63,983 nt of DNA, filler included, from Octopus bimaculoides (GCF_001194135.2; 6 parts of 6 records of this genome joined end to end with filler, not necessarily neighbours in it), one strand, 5' to 3'. Positions 26,829 through 39,437 are shown, numbered from the whole stretch's first letter. Notes: a model not told the origin generated them from the sequence alone. Program-made: numbers and translations.

Positions 26829-26950
26829 GAATCTATGGTGGTGCCCCACCTGATGTATCAAGCACCATTGAGAGAGACCATTACCAAGACAGATATGTGA
26901 AACCTCCAGAGAGACAGTTACCTTCAACACCAGATGTTGTTGCCATTTAA
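26829..26950 (+). CDS. PCDH: Protocadherin copy A, terminal coding exon only
   Basis: Acceptor gtttcag; (G)IYGGAPPDVSSTIERDHYQDRYVKPPERQLPSTPDVVAI*; near-identical to 32795-32916 and 39438-39556. Confidence 0.88.
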
Positions 26951-27675
26951 GTGAGACTGAGAAGATGACACACCAGAAATAATATCACCCTACAACATTT
27001 AAAACAACACAAATATATTAGTTCGATAATAATATTTCCCCACATATGACTGAATATCTTTGTATGTGTTTGAGACAATAATTTTACTGCTTAGGTAAGA
27101 GGAATAAATTTATAACTCTGTATTGTTAGGTAAACCAAAGATAAAGGAATTACTGTAATAAATTATAGATTGACATTCTTACTTGTGAAATACAATTTAA
27201 GATTAAAAATATTTTAAGCAATAAATATGAGATAATTGTATTACATATATTTCAGTTGTAAAATGATTATATTACATTTTAGAAATTATACTTTATTTCA
27301 CAGTTTTAACTTCTCCATTTTATATTCTAAATAGGAGAATTAATTTAGAATTAGGTCAGACAGACACTAACTATTATTGTAAATATTATATTTACTTTCT
27401 AATTCACAGACACACTTTAATGTCAGCCATATTTTGTTAATATAACCTCTCTGTTCTAAGCATTTCTATGTCAGTCTCTCTCTCTATATCAGACATGTTT
27501 GTGTTATATAGACTTATGGCTGACTGGTAGTGGAGCTGATAGTGTGTGTTCTCTCTTTCCTTTCTTTGTGGAGGGGAAACACATCTTGTCTGAGTGAGGC
27601 TAGAGAAAGCATCACTTCTGAGTGAGGCTAGAGTAAGCATCACTCATATACCCCCCCCCCTTCTCTCTCTCTCTG

Positions 27676-27708
<33 letters not shown>

Positions 27709-27724
27709 AGCATTAAACAACACA

Positions 27725-27900
27725 CATCCACAAAGGAAGACTGAGAGGAACTGCTGGTTCCCCACTGACTCACCACTAACACTATTCCATCAACATGAAG
27801 CCATTGTCACACCATAGCAGCAGTGACACAGACAACCATTAACAACAGAACATTGGGACCAAGTCACAGTTTATACAACAAAGGATTTTACACAATGAAG
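27725..27900 (+). other. PCDH: Protocadherin copy B 5' leader exon (start approximate)
   Basis: Near-identical to ~33675-33851; ends in atgaag|gtaagt donor; preceded by (CT)n/(CA)n. Confidence 0.7.
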
Positions 27901-28350
27901 GTAAGTTTGTTGTTCCTTGTTATTTATTCACTTGTGTGTAATAATGATTTCATATATAACCATATTATAATATCAAAATGTAACATTCTAATGGTGGCCA
28001 TATTAGATCTGTGTTTCTTCTCATTTAATGTCTTTATAAGTTGGTTATGGAATAGATTGTGAAAAACAGAGAATGAAGTGAATGTGTTCAATCCTAGTTA
28101 CTAGCATACTGCTCAAAGTATCTTCCGTGGTCTTGTGTTTTCACACTTTTTATCTTGTCTGTCTTTTTTTATTTCAATTTTACTTCATCTACCACTCAGA
28201 CATTGTATGGCTTTAGACCATCCTACATATATAGAAGCGGGTGTCTGGGATATATATACACATATATATATTGCAATTCAGGTTCATATAAGAAATTTAA
28301 TTAAGAAAAAGAATATCAGTTAAAAAGTATTGTTATTTTTGTGATAGTAT

Positions 28351-28354
<4 letters not shown>

Positions 28355-28432
<78 letters not shown>
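28355..28432. repeat. (TG)n microsatellite
   Basis: About 39 units, read directly. Confidence 0.95.
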
Positions 28433-28433
<1 letters not shown>

Positions 28434-28919
28434 TGTAAATGTTCATTGCTTTGTGTGAGTTATTGATGAGTATAGCTTTGGATTCGCTCCCTTTGTTCAG
28501 TCACTGAACAGTATTCACGATGTAATAGTTCATACTTGTTGCCTATGAAATGTGTTTAAGGAATTAAAGGTACAAATATGGCCAATGTTGATTAGTAAAT
28601 GATTGTTTTTAAACCCAGAAGTATTTCCAACATTTTCTAGTATATTCTTTGATCATTGTCATCATGCTTTTATTAACATTCACTTTTCCATGTTTCTATG
28701 GGTCAGAAAGAGTTTATTGAGTCAGATTTTCTATGGACTAATGCCCTTCCTGTTGCCAAACCTCACCTATTTCCAAATAAGGTAATATTTCCTCTTGGCC
28801 AGACATGTTTTAATAGATGATTGGAAATGAACACCACTGCTTGTATAACAGTGTCACTCTTTTACAACTGTCACGTAATATAAAGAGAAGGGGAGACACA
28901 TACACATATACATGATGGA

Positions 28920-29060
28920 TTTCTTTCATTCAGTTTCTATCTACCAAGTCCATTCGCAAGCATTTGGTCAGACTGAAGCTATAGTAGAAGACACTTGTCT
29001 AAGATGTCATGCAGTGGGACTGAACCCAAACCATGTGATTGGGAAGCAAACTTCTTAATC
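28920..29060 (-). mobile_element. SINE family 1, 5' part, in PCDH-B intron 1
   Basis: gctatagtagaagacacttg...cagtgggactgaaccc motif. Confidence 0.75.
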
Positions 29061-29636
29061 ACGCGCATGCGCGCGCGCATCTGTGCGCGTGTAAATTACA
29101 TAACTAAGCATATTTTCATCGAAAATTGCTCAATTTCTTAAAATTGCTTGTCCTATTTAAGGGAAATAACTCAAAGTTCCATTCAATATTTGTAGTTTGA
29201 CCTGTAAAAATATTGATGCTAAGATTCCATTGTAAAATGACAGCCAAAATATTTATATCATCTTGCCCACAATTCACCTTTCTCATCTTTAGTTAATTTA
29301 CTTCAAAATTAGACAGATTGATGTTTGTTTCAGAATGCTTATCTGAAAATAAGTGCCACTTTTACTCTAAAAGTCTTCAGAAATTCTATGAATCATTGAA
29401 TCTTAATATACATAATTAAATTTGGTGAGAATTGGTTGTATAACTCCTGTCCACTTGTACATGATCTTAAGAATACTAGCATTTCTGTTTTTCATTGAAA
29501 ATATTTTTATGAACGAAGACTTGGTTTGCAAATCCATACATTTCTTGTTGATATAAGATACATATTTTTTTTTGTTTCAGGTTTAATATTATAAACCATC
29601 TTTTTCCTGGATACTGCGTTAATATCAAGATCAGGA

Positions 29637-31953
29637 ATGTTGCTATTTCTCTACGTTTTACTGACTTTCTTCGATTGTTCTCTAAGTGAAGATATCACTT
29701 ACCATGTTGAAGAAGAGAAGAATCCCTATACTTATGTAGGGGACATTGCTACTGACTTACAGGAATCAGACAACCCCTTCTTAAAAAATAAGGATTTAAT
29801 TACATTTAGTCAACTCCAACAAAAGGGAGAACAGTTGTTCAATGTGACGAAAACAGGTAAACTGTACACTGTTCAGACATTGGATGCTGAGTCTGTGTGT
29901 AGTTATGAGAAAGAATGTTTTGAAATTGTTAAAGTTGCTGTTCACAAATCCAAGACATTTATGAAGATCTTAAAGATTAAAGTCATAATAGAAGACATCA
30001 ATGATCATCAGCCTGATTTTCCTGAGAAAGAAATCACTCTGCATTTCAGGGAAGGAGATGGTAAAGGTATGAAGAAAACTATCCCGGGTGCTATTGACAA
30101 AGATATTGGATACCAGAACAGCTTGATTACATATGTACTAAGAAATGATAGATATTTTTCCTTATCAGTCTCCAAAGAAGCTGATGGTTTATCATCATTA
30201 GAAATTATATTAGAGGGTAAATTAGACAGAGAAAAGGAGGACAGTTACAATATTGAAGTCATTGCTAAAGATGGAGGAATTCCACCAAAACAATCTGGTT
30301 TAAATGTGAAAATATCTGTAGAAGATGAAAATGATAATAAACCAGAATTTTCTCAAAGTATCTACAATGTCTCTATTGAACATAAGCATAAAAAGAATAT
30401 TCCAGTAGTCACATTGTCTGCCAGTGATTTAGATATTGGTAGGAATGGTAAAATATCTTTCTATTTTAGTAGAAAAACTCCTGATAAAATAAGGAATAAT
30501 TTTGTATTGAAAGAAAACACTGGTGTGTTGTATTTAGCTAAACAATTACAAATTGGTAAAGAAGAATCATATAAATTATACATTGAAGCAAGGGATGAAG
30601 GCAGTCCCCCACTAAGTTCCATAGCTACTGTTATAGTAAATGTCATCAACCAACACAACAATCCCCCAAACATTGATGTGAATTTTATTTCTACACAGAA
30701 TCACAACACAGCTACCATTCTGGAAGATATCAAAGTTGGTAGTTTCATTGCTTATGTGATGGTCACTGACAATGATGTTGGACACAATGGACAGGTGAAC
30801 TGTCATATCAAAGATGACACATTCAAACTACAGTCAATGGGATCAAAGGAATATAAAATAGTTCTAAAGAAAGCAGTAGACAGAGAGACAGAGGAACATT
30901 ATCACTTTACTGTGTCGTGTGAAGATAAAGGATTACCTGCTCTGAAAACTGATAAAGATCTGTCAATCCAAGTGTTAGATGTGAATGATGTAGAACCACA
31001 CTTTACGAAAGACACATTCANNNNNNNNNNNNNNNNNNNNNNNNNNNNNNNNNNNNNNNNNNNNNNNNNNNNNNNNNNNNNNNNNNNNNNNNNNNNNNNN
31101 NNNNNNNNNNNNNNNNNNNNNNNNNNNNNNNNNNNNNNNNNNNNNNNNNNNNNNNNNNNNNNNNNNNNNNNNNNNNNNNNNNNNNNNNNNNNNNNNNNNN
31201 NNNNNNNNNNNNNNNNNNNNNNNNNNNNNNNNNNNNNNNNNNNNNNNNNNNNNNNNNNNNNNNNNNNNNNNNNNNNNNNNNNNNNNNNNNNNNNNNNNNN
31301 NNNNNNNNNNNNNNNNNNNNNNNNNNNNNNNNNNNNNNNNNNNNNNNNNNNNNNNNNNNNNNNNNNNNNNNNNNNNNNNNNNNNNNNNNNNNNNNNNNNN
31401 NNNNNNNNNNNNNNNNNNNNNNNNNNNNNNNNNNNNNNNNNNNNNNNNNNNNNNNNNNNNNNNNNNNNNNNNNNNNNNNNNNNNNNNNNNNNNNNNNNNN
31501 NNNNNNNNNNNNNNNNNNNNNNNNNNNNNNNNNNNNNNNNNNNNNNNNNNNNNNNNNNNNNNNNNNNNNNNNNNNNNNNNNNNNNNNNNNNNNNNNNNNN
31601 NNNNNNNNNNNNNNNNNNNNNNNNNNNNNAACACAATAGATGCCACATTGTTGATTATCATTGTAGTAGCAGCTGTGATAGTATCTATAGCTATTGTGGT
31701 TTCTATAACACTGTGTATTGTGAGATGTAACAATGTGAGAAATAGCTCCTCTGAAAGAACAGCAGAAGAGAAACAGGCATACCAATGTCGCAATGAGATG
31801 AGACAGTTGATCTATCAAGGTAACAACAGTGTATCTGTGATGTCAGGTAATCGAGGAGAGACATCAGACAGATATGGTCATTCGAGGAGCCATTACTATC
31901 CAGATGACTGGAAGATGTCTACAATGAACAGAAGTCTTCAAAAGTCTACAAAG
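29637..31953 (+). CDS. PCDH: Protocadherin copy B, large exon (signal peptide, EC1-EC4, gap over presumed EC5-EC6, TM, proximal tail)
   Basis: Cadherin motifs DINDHQP, LDRE, DENDNKP, DVNDVEP; EC1 C-X5-C (CSYEKEC); TM LLIIIVVAAVIVSIAIVVSITLCIV. Acceptor at 29580, donor aag|gtaagc. Gap 31021-31629 is about the length of two EC repeats. Confidence 0.95.
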
Positions 31954-32290
31954 GTAAGCTTTACTTCGATCGACTATTTGTTAGTAGTTTATGTTTAATT
32001 AAGAATTATATGACTGGATGACATCAACAATGAATAGAACTTTACCAAAAAGCATGAAAGTGTGTGGTAATATTCTCTGTTGATAATCTTATAATTATTT
32101 ACTGAATATTGGTTTTAAATGTTTGTTATATTCTTAGTCTGTAAAGTATAAAGTTTGTTTCTTCACACTTATTTTAAGCCAGTAACATGAATCATGATTG
32201 ATATTATTATGATATAACGATTGGATTTTGCAAAATTTTATATTTTACTAAAATTGCAATGAGACATGAAATAATTTGTTTCTCTAACAG

Positions 32291-32444
32291 CAGAAATACA
32301 GTCAACCCATTGAGGTAACATCTTATGGAGACAACAGACCATCTTCTAACTATCCCACTGACACATTGACCAGTCGTAAGAGTAGTGGACAGTGCTGGAG
32401 TGAGCGGTCAAGTAGACAGTATGAAGAAATACCAGCAATGTCAG
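32291..32444 (+). CDS. PCDH: Protocadherin copy B, cytoplasmic exon 3
   Basis: Acceptor taacag|cag (NAGNAG); QKYSQPIEVTSYGDNRPSSNYPTDTLTSRKSSGQCWSERSSRQYEEIPAMS; phases 0/1 fit the flanking exons. Confidence 0.88.
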
Positions 32445-32794
32445 GTAAAACAATTTCGTTTATCTATAATAATTGGTGCATCTCTCATTTTTCCCAGTGA
32501 CATATCTTGGAGTGAATTTTAAAGAAATACTAGGTTTTTGAAGACTTCCCAAATCTTGTTTCTAATTGTTATATCAATTAATGAAAAAGTTTGGCTAATT
32601 ATATTTATAACCTAAATACATAAATGTATTTGTATTTTGTAGTTAATTGTTAAAAGTTATACTCAAGTGCATGTCTAATTATATGATGAGATTCATTCGT
32701 TCATCATAGTTGTTTTACAGATCACCAAAGTCAGTTAATAATTATTGTCTCTGTGAATTCTGTATTAAGTTTCTTTGATGTATATGTGTTTCAG

Positions 32795-32916
32795 GAATCT
32801 ATGGTGGTGCCCCACCTGATGTATCAAGCACCATTGAGAGAGACCATTACCAAGACAGATATGTGAAACCTCCAGAGAGACAGTTACCTTCAACACCAGA
32901 TGTTGTTGTCAGTTAA
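32795..32916 (+). CDS. PCDH: Protocadherin copy B, terminal exon 4
   Basis: Phase-1 acceptor; ends PSTPDVVVS* (TAA 32914-32916). Confidence 0.88.
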
Positions 32917-33674
32917 GTGAGACTGAGAAGTTAACACAACAGAAATAATATCACCCTTCAACATTCACACAATATTTAAAACAACACAAATATATTAGTT
33001 AATTATTAAAATTGCCTACATGTGATTGGATATCTGTGTGTGTTTCAGACAATAATTTTACAGCTTCAGATATGAGGAATAAATATATAACTCTGTATTG
33101 TTAGGTTAACCAAAGATAAAGTAATTACTTTAAGAAATTATGAATTGATATTTTTTTTTTGTGAAATACAATTTAAAATTAAAAATATATTAAGCAATAA
33201 ATATGAGATAATTGTATAACACATATTTCAGTTGTAAAATGATTATATTACATTTTAGAAATTATACTTTATTTCACAGCTTTAACTATTCCATTTATAT
33301 TCTGAATTGGAAAGGTAGTTTGAAATTAGGTCAAACACACACTAACTATTATTATCAATATTGTATTTATAATTTACATTACACACACATTACCAACATC
33401 AGCCATATTTTGTTAATACAACCTCTCTGTTCTAAGGATTTCTATGTCAGTCTCTCTCCACATCAGACATGTTGGTGTTATATAGACTTATTATGGCTGA
33501 CTGTTAGTGGAGCTCATAGTACGTCTTCTCTCTCCACCTCTTCCCCTCTGTTCTTTGTGAGGGAAATATAACTTCTAGTTTGAGTGAGGCTGGAGTAAGC
33601 ATCACTCATCTCTCTCTCTCTCTTCCTTTCTCTGTCTCTCACTCACACCCATGCACACACTCACACTAAACATC

Positions 33675-33851
33675 ACACATCCACAAAGGAAGACTGAGAG
33701 GAACTGCTGGTTCCCCACTGACTCACCACCAACACTATTCCATCAACATGAAGCCATTGTCACACCATAGCAGCAGTGACACAGACAACCATTAACAACA
33801 GAACATTGGGACCAAGTCACAGTTTATAACAAAGGATTTTACACAATGAAG
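33675..33851 (+). other. PCDH: Protocadherin copy C 5' leader exon (start approximate)
   Basis: Paralog of 27725-27900; atgaag|gtaagt donor. Confidence 0.7.
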
Positions 33852-34821
33852 GTAAGTTTATTGTTCCTTGTTATTTATCCACTTATGTGACATAATAATT
33901 TAACATATCACCAGGTTGTAGCATCAAAATGTAATATTCTAATGGTAGCCATATTAAATCTGTGTTAGTTTTCATTTAATGTCTTCCTTTCCATCATGGC
34001 TTTCAAGGATTTTGTGAGAAATATTTAAGGTACAGAAAATATGTTCAGCTTTAGTATTTTATAACATTTTTCTTTTCAAGGCATTTGGTATCAGTTTTGA
34101 GCTGTTCATAATATATGTGTTATATTTTAACATTGCACATAATTCCTATTTTATTTAATCACTAACATGTTAAGAATTTTAGATAACAGGTCAGTGCTAT
34201 TCCTGATATTTCACTAATTTCCTGATGTATCGTGGTTGAAATCTATTTAGTAACATTCAATGTGAGTTATTTGCAGTGTTGTGAATGGATAAAGAATATT
34301 GATGTACTTAATGCTATTGACTATTATTCGAATGCATATCCTTTATCTATCATGTATTTTCTTTTGTAACACCAAGTTCCTTTGTGTAATTCTTTATGGT
34401 TAAAACATGGAAAGGTCATGGCTGGAGTACCTTAGATCAAAGTCTGCTATAGTTTAATTTTATTTTGAACTATAAGGAACAATTAAATACAATTCTGTTA
34501 TGATATCATGTGTTTGCTGGTTGTAATAAAAATAAGCATGATATTTAAATAAAAAAAAAAATTATTATTTGTTAAAATCTAATCACTCAACTAAATACTC
34601 CATTTAGCATAATGAAATCTTATTGCGGAAAAAGTTTTTTTCACATTTGATTTAATAGTTAAATTAGACTTGCACAAATGATTGTCATAAATAAAGTTCA
34701 AAGAAAGCAGCAAGCTGCTTGTATAACAAATATGTGTAACAAGTAATTAATGATGTTGTTTTACTGAATTCCTTTTCTTTAAGGAATCATCCTAGATGTT
34801 AATATTTGAACTTGATTTAAG

Positions 34822-35030
34822 TCAGCAAGCTGCCAGAATCGTTAGCATGCCGGGCAAAATGCTTAATGACATTTAAACCCTCCTTATGTTCAAATTCCGC
34901 CAAGGTCGACTTTATCTTCCATCCTTTCAGGGTTGATAAAATAAGTACCAGCTGAGCCCTGGAGTCGATGTAATTGCCTTTCCTTGTCCCTCAAAGTTGC
35001 TGGCCTTGTGCCAAAATTTGAAACCAGTAT
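34822..35030 (+). mobile_element. SINE family 2 copy in PCDH-C intron 1
   Basis: Same head and core as 14632-14835. Confidence 0.75.
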
Positions 35031-35749
35031 TATAACTTGATTTGAGTTAGAGCTTTACTCCTGAAAATAGCATATTGTGTTTTATGTAGAGTTATTGAAC
35101 AGAAAATCTAAATATCAAATGTCGATCAGTATAGAGTAGGAATCTGAATTTGTGAATGGTAATAAACAGAGAGATATTTTATCATGACTGTTTAATATGG
35201 AATATGATATTTGAGAATTTCATCCTTAGTTTTACAATAATACTCAATGGAAGATATCTCACAGCAGTTATGAAATATATCATTCTAGATGGACAAGTTC
35301 TTAGTTGTGATGACAACTTTCATTCCAGCTTTACAGAGTATTATAATATAGGTGCAGGCATGACTGCTTAAGAAGCTCATTTCTCTTGGGTTCCATTGCA
35401 CTGTGCAGGAACTTGGGCAAGTGTTTTCTTCTCTTGCCCCATGTTCATCAATGACTTGTGAGTGAATGTGGTAGGCGGAAACTGCATGGTAACTTGTGTG
35501 TGTGTGTGTTTGTCTGTCCTCCTCGCACTGGTTGACAATTATTGCTGGTCTGCTAAGTCAAAAATTAGTTTTATGGTAGATTCTTCTGGTGTCTCATCAC
35601 GGCCGAAGTCCAATTACTGAAACAGATAATATAGCTTTGTTTTTCTTGAAGCTTCTGTAATTTCTGTGTAATTTGTAGTTTATTCTCAAGGGAGATAACT
35701 CGTTTTGATATTTGACCCTTTCGCATGCAGATTACGCTTATTGATTCAC

Positions 35750-35925
35750 ATTATTTCGAATTAATCATGCATTATTTTGTAGCTTTGAGATTTTTATGAT
35801 ATGTTTGCTTATCAGTTTTCAAGGACGTTGTAGAGTAGGTGTGAGAGGCCAAATTTGGCTGGTTTGAACCTGAAACAAGTAGAATATTTAGGCCAGATAG
35901 GGCTGGTTTGAATGCTAAAGGTTAA
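35750..35925. mobile_element. One end of a piggyBac-like MITE
   Basis: Terminus ...gtttgaatgctaaagg|ttaa (TTAA 35922-35925); partner end not found. Confidence 0.35.
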
Positions 35926-36153
35926 AATAAATGTTTGCCTTACATCCTCCATTAAAATCTGATATTAGTTAATTATTTTAATATCTCACGTCAAAGACGA
36001 CTAATATATATTTGAGCTTAACTTCATATTATTTAGCTGTTATCTTGCTCACTATATAGTTTTTAGAAAAATAAAACAATCAGACATAGTTTACCAAACT
36101 TCATTAATAATTTAACGTTTGTTTCAGATTCGGAATTAAAAGCCATCATAACA

Positions 36154-38596
36154 ATGTCTACTATATTAACATCAGGACCAGAAATGCTGTTCTGTCTGTG
36201 TGTTTTACTGACTTTCTTCCACTGTTATTTAAGTGAAGATATCACATATCATGTTAAAGAAGAGAATATTCCTCATACCTACGTAGGGGACATTGCTACT
36301 GACTTACAGAAATCAGACAGCTCCTTCTTAAAGAATAAGGATTTAATTACATTTAGTCAACTCCAACAAAAGGGAGAACAGTTGTTCAATGTGACGAAAA
36401 CAGGTAAACTGTACACTGTTCAAACATTGGATGCTGAGTCTGTGTGTAGTTATGAGAAAGAATGTTTTGAAATCGTAAAAGTTGCTGTTCACAAATCCAA
36501 GACATTTATGAAGATCTTAAAGATTAAAGTCGTAATAGAAGACATCAATGACCACCAACCTGAATTTCCAACTAAAGAAGTCAACATTCAGTTTTCTGAA
36601 ACGGATGGTAAAGGTACAAAGAGATCGATAGAAAATGCTATAGATAAAGATTTGGGATATCAGAACAGCTTAATTACATATGAATTAAAAGATGATAGAA
36701 GCCACTTTTCATTACTTGTTGTCAAACGTGCAGATGGAATATCATCATTAGAAATTATTTTAGAAAAGAAATTAGACAGAGAAACAAAAGACAGTTACAA
36801 TATTGAGGTCATTGCTAAAGATGGAGGAACTCCACCAAACCAATCTGTTTTAAATGTTAAAATATCTGTTGAAGATGAAAATGACAACAGACCACAATTT
36901 TCTCAAAGCGTTTACAATTTCTCTATTGAGCATAAACATAAAAAGAATATTCCGGTAGTCACATTATCTGCCAGTGATTTAGACATTGGCAGGAATGGTA
37001 AAATATCTTTCTATTTCAGTCCGAAGACTGATATGCAAATGAAGAAATATTTTAATATTGATGAAAACTCTGGAAAAATATTCTTAATAAAATCTTTTGA
37101 GGTTGACACCAAAAATTCTTTAAAATTATATATTGAAGCTAAAGATAATGGAATTCCTCCTCTCAGTTCCATAGCAACCGTTATGGTAAATGTCATCAAC
37201 CAACACAACAATCCCCCAAATATTGATGTGAACTTTATTTCTACACAGAATCACAACACAGCTACCATTCTGGAAGATATCAAAGTTGGTAGTTTCATTG
37301 CTTATGTGATGGTCACTGACAATGATGTTGGACACAATGGAGAGGTGAACTGTCATATCAAAGACGACACATTCAAACTACAGTCAATGGGATCAAAGGA
37401 ATATAAAATAGTTCTAAAGAAAGCAGTAGACAGNNNNNNNNNNNNNNNNNNNNNNNNNNNNNNNNNNNNNNNNNNNNNNNNNNNNNNNNNNNNNNNNNNN
37501 NNNNNNNNNNNNNNNNNNNNNNNNNNNNNNNNNNNNNNNNNNNNNNNNNNNNNNNNNNNNNNNNNNNNNNNNNNNNNNNNNNNNNNNNNNNNNNNNNNNN
37601 NNNNNNNNNNNNNNNNNNNNNNNNNNNNNNNNNNNNNNNNNNNNNNNNNNNNNNNNNNNNNNNNNNNNNNNNNNNNNNNNNNNNNNNNNNNNNNNNNNNN
37701 NNNNNNNNNNNNNNNNNNNNNNNNNNNNNNNNNNNNNNNNNNNNNNNNNNNNNNNNNNNNNNNNNNNNNNNNNNNNNNNNNNNNNNNNNNNNNNNNNNNN
37801 NNNNNNNNNNNNNNNNNNNNNNNNNNNNNNNNNNNNNNNNNNNNNNNNNNNNNNNNNNNNNNNNNNNNNNNNNNNNNNNNNNNNNNNNNNNNNNNNNNNN
37901 NNNNNNNNNNNNNNNNNNNNNNNNNNNNNNNNNNNNNNNNNNNNNNNNNNNNNNNNNNNNNNNNNNNNNNNNNNNNNNNNNNNNNNNNNNNNNNNNNNNN
38001 NNNNNNNNNNNNNNNNNNNNNNNNNNNNNNNNNNNNNNNNNNNNNNNNNNNNNNNNNNNNNNNNNNNNNNNNNNNNNNNNNNNNNNNNNNNNNNNNNNNN
38101 NNNNNNNNNNNNNNNNNNNNNNNNNNNNNNNNNNNNNNNNNNNNNNNNNNNNNNNNNNNNNNNNNNNNNNNNNNNNNNNNNNNNNNNNNNNNNNNNNNNN
38201 NNNNNNNNNNNNNNNNNNNNNNNNNNNNNNNNNNNNNNNNNNNNNNNNNNNNNNNNNNNNNNNNNAAGTGATAACACCATAGATGCCACATTGTTGATTA
38301 TCATTGTAGTAGCAGCTGTGATAGTATCTATAGCTATTGTGGTTTCTATAACACTGTGTATTGTGAGATGTAACAATGTGAGAAATAGCTCCTCTGAAAG
38401 AACAGCAGAAGAGAAACAGGCATACCAATGTCGCAATGAGATGAGACAGTTGATCTATCAAGGTAACAACAGTGTACCTGTGATGTCAGGTAATCGAGGA
38501 GAGACATCAGACAGATATGGTCATTCGAGGAGCCATTACTATCCAGAAGACTGGAAGACATCGACAATGAACAGAAGTCTTCAGAAGTCTACAAAG
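36154..38596 (+). CDS. PCDH: Protocadherin copy C, large exon (start 36154 or 36184; gap over late EC4-EC6)
   Basis: Same architecture as copy B; acceptor gtttcag at 36127; gap 37434-38265; TM and tail at 38270-38596; donor aag|gtaagc. Confidence 0.95.
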
Positions 38597-38933
38597 GTAA
38601 GCTTTTCTTTAATTAACAATTTGTTAGTAAATAATGTGTAATTAATAATTATATGACTGGAAGACATCAACAATGAATAGAACTTTACCAAAAAGCATGA
38701 AGGTGTGTGGTAATATTCTCTGTTGATAATCTTATAATTATTTACAGAATATTGGTTTTAAATGTTAGTTGTATTCTTAGTCTGTAAATTATAAAGTTTG
38801 TTTCTTCACACTTATTTTAAGCCAGTAACATGAATCATGATTGATATTATTATGATATAACGATTGGATTTTGTAAAATTTTATATTTTACTAAAATTGC
38901 AATGAGACATGAAATGATTTGTTTCTCTAACAG

Positions 38934-39087
38934 CAGAAATACAGTCAACCTATAGAGGTAACATCTTATGGAGATAACAGACCATCTTCTAACTATCCCA
39001 CTGACACATTGACCAGTCGTAAGAGTAGTGTACAGTGCTGGAGTGAGCGGTCAAGTAGACAGTATGAAGAAATACCAGCAATGTCAG
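38934..39087 (+). CDS. PCDH: Protocadherin copy C, cytoplasmic exon 3
   Basis: 154 nt with the same splice sites as copy B; one amino-acid difference seen (G/V). Confidence 0.88.
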
Positions 39088-39437
39088 GTAAAACAATTTC
39101 CTCTATCTATAATAATTGGTGCATCTCTCATTTTTCCCAGTGACATTTTTTGGAGTGAATTTTAAAGAAACACTAGGATTTTGAGGACTTCCCAAATCTT
39201 GTTTCTAATTGTTGTATCAATTGATGAAAAAGTTTGGCGAATTATATTTATAACCCAAATACATAAATCCATTTGTATTTTGTAGTTAATTGTTAAAAGG
39301 TATACTCAAGTGCATGTCTAATTATATGATGAGATTAATTCGTTCATCATAGTTGTTTTACAGATCATCAAAGTCATTTAATAATTATTGTCTCTGTGAA
39401 TTCTGTAATAAGTTTATTTGATGTATATGTGTTTCAG

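Noticed and set aside
31021-31998. Frameshift or pseudogenisation of PCDH-B and -C (TM in a different frame)
   Set aside because: The frame change occurs across N gaps of estimated length; both sides are intact.
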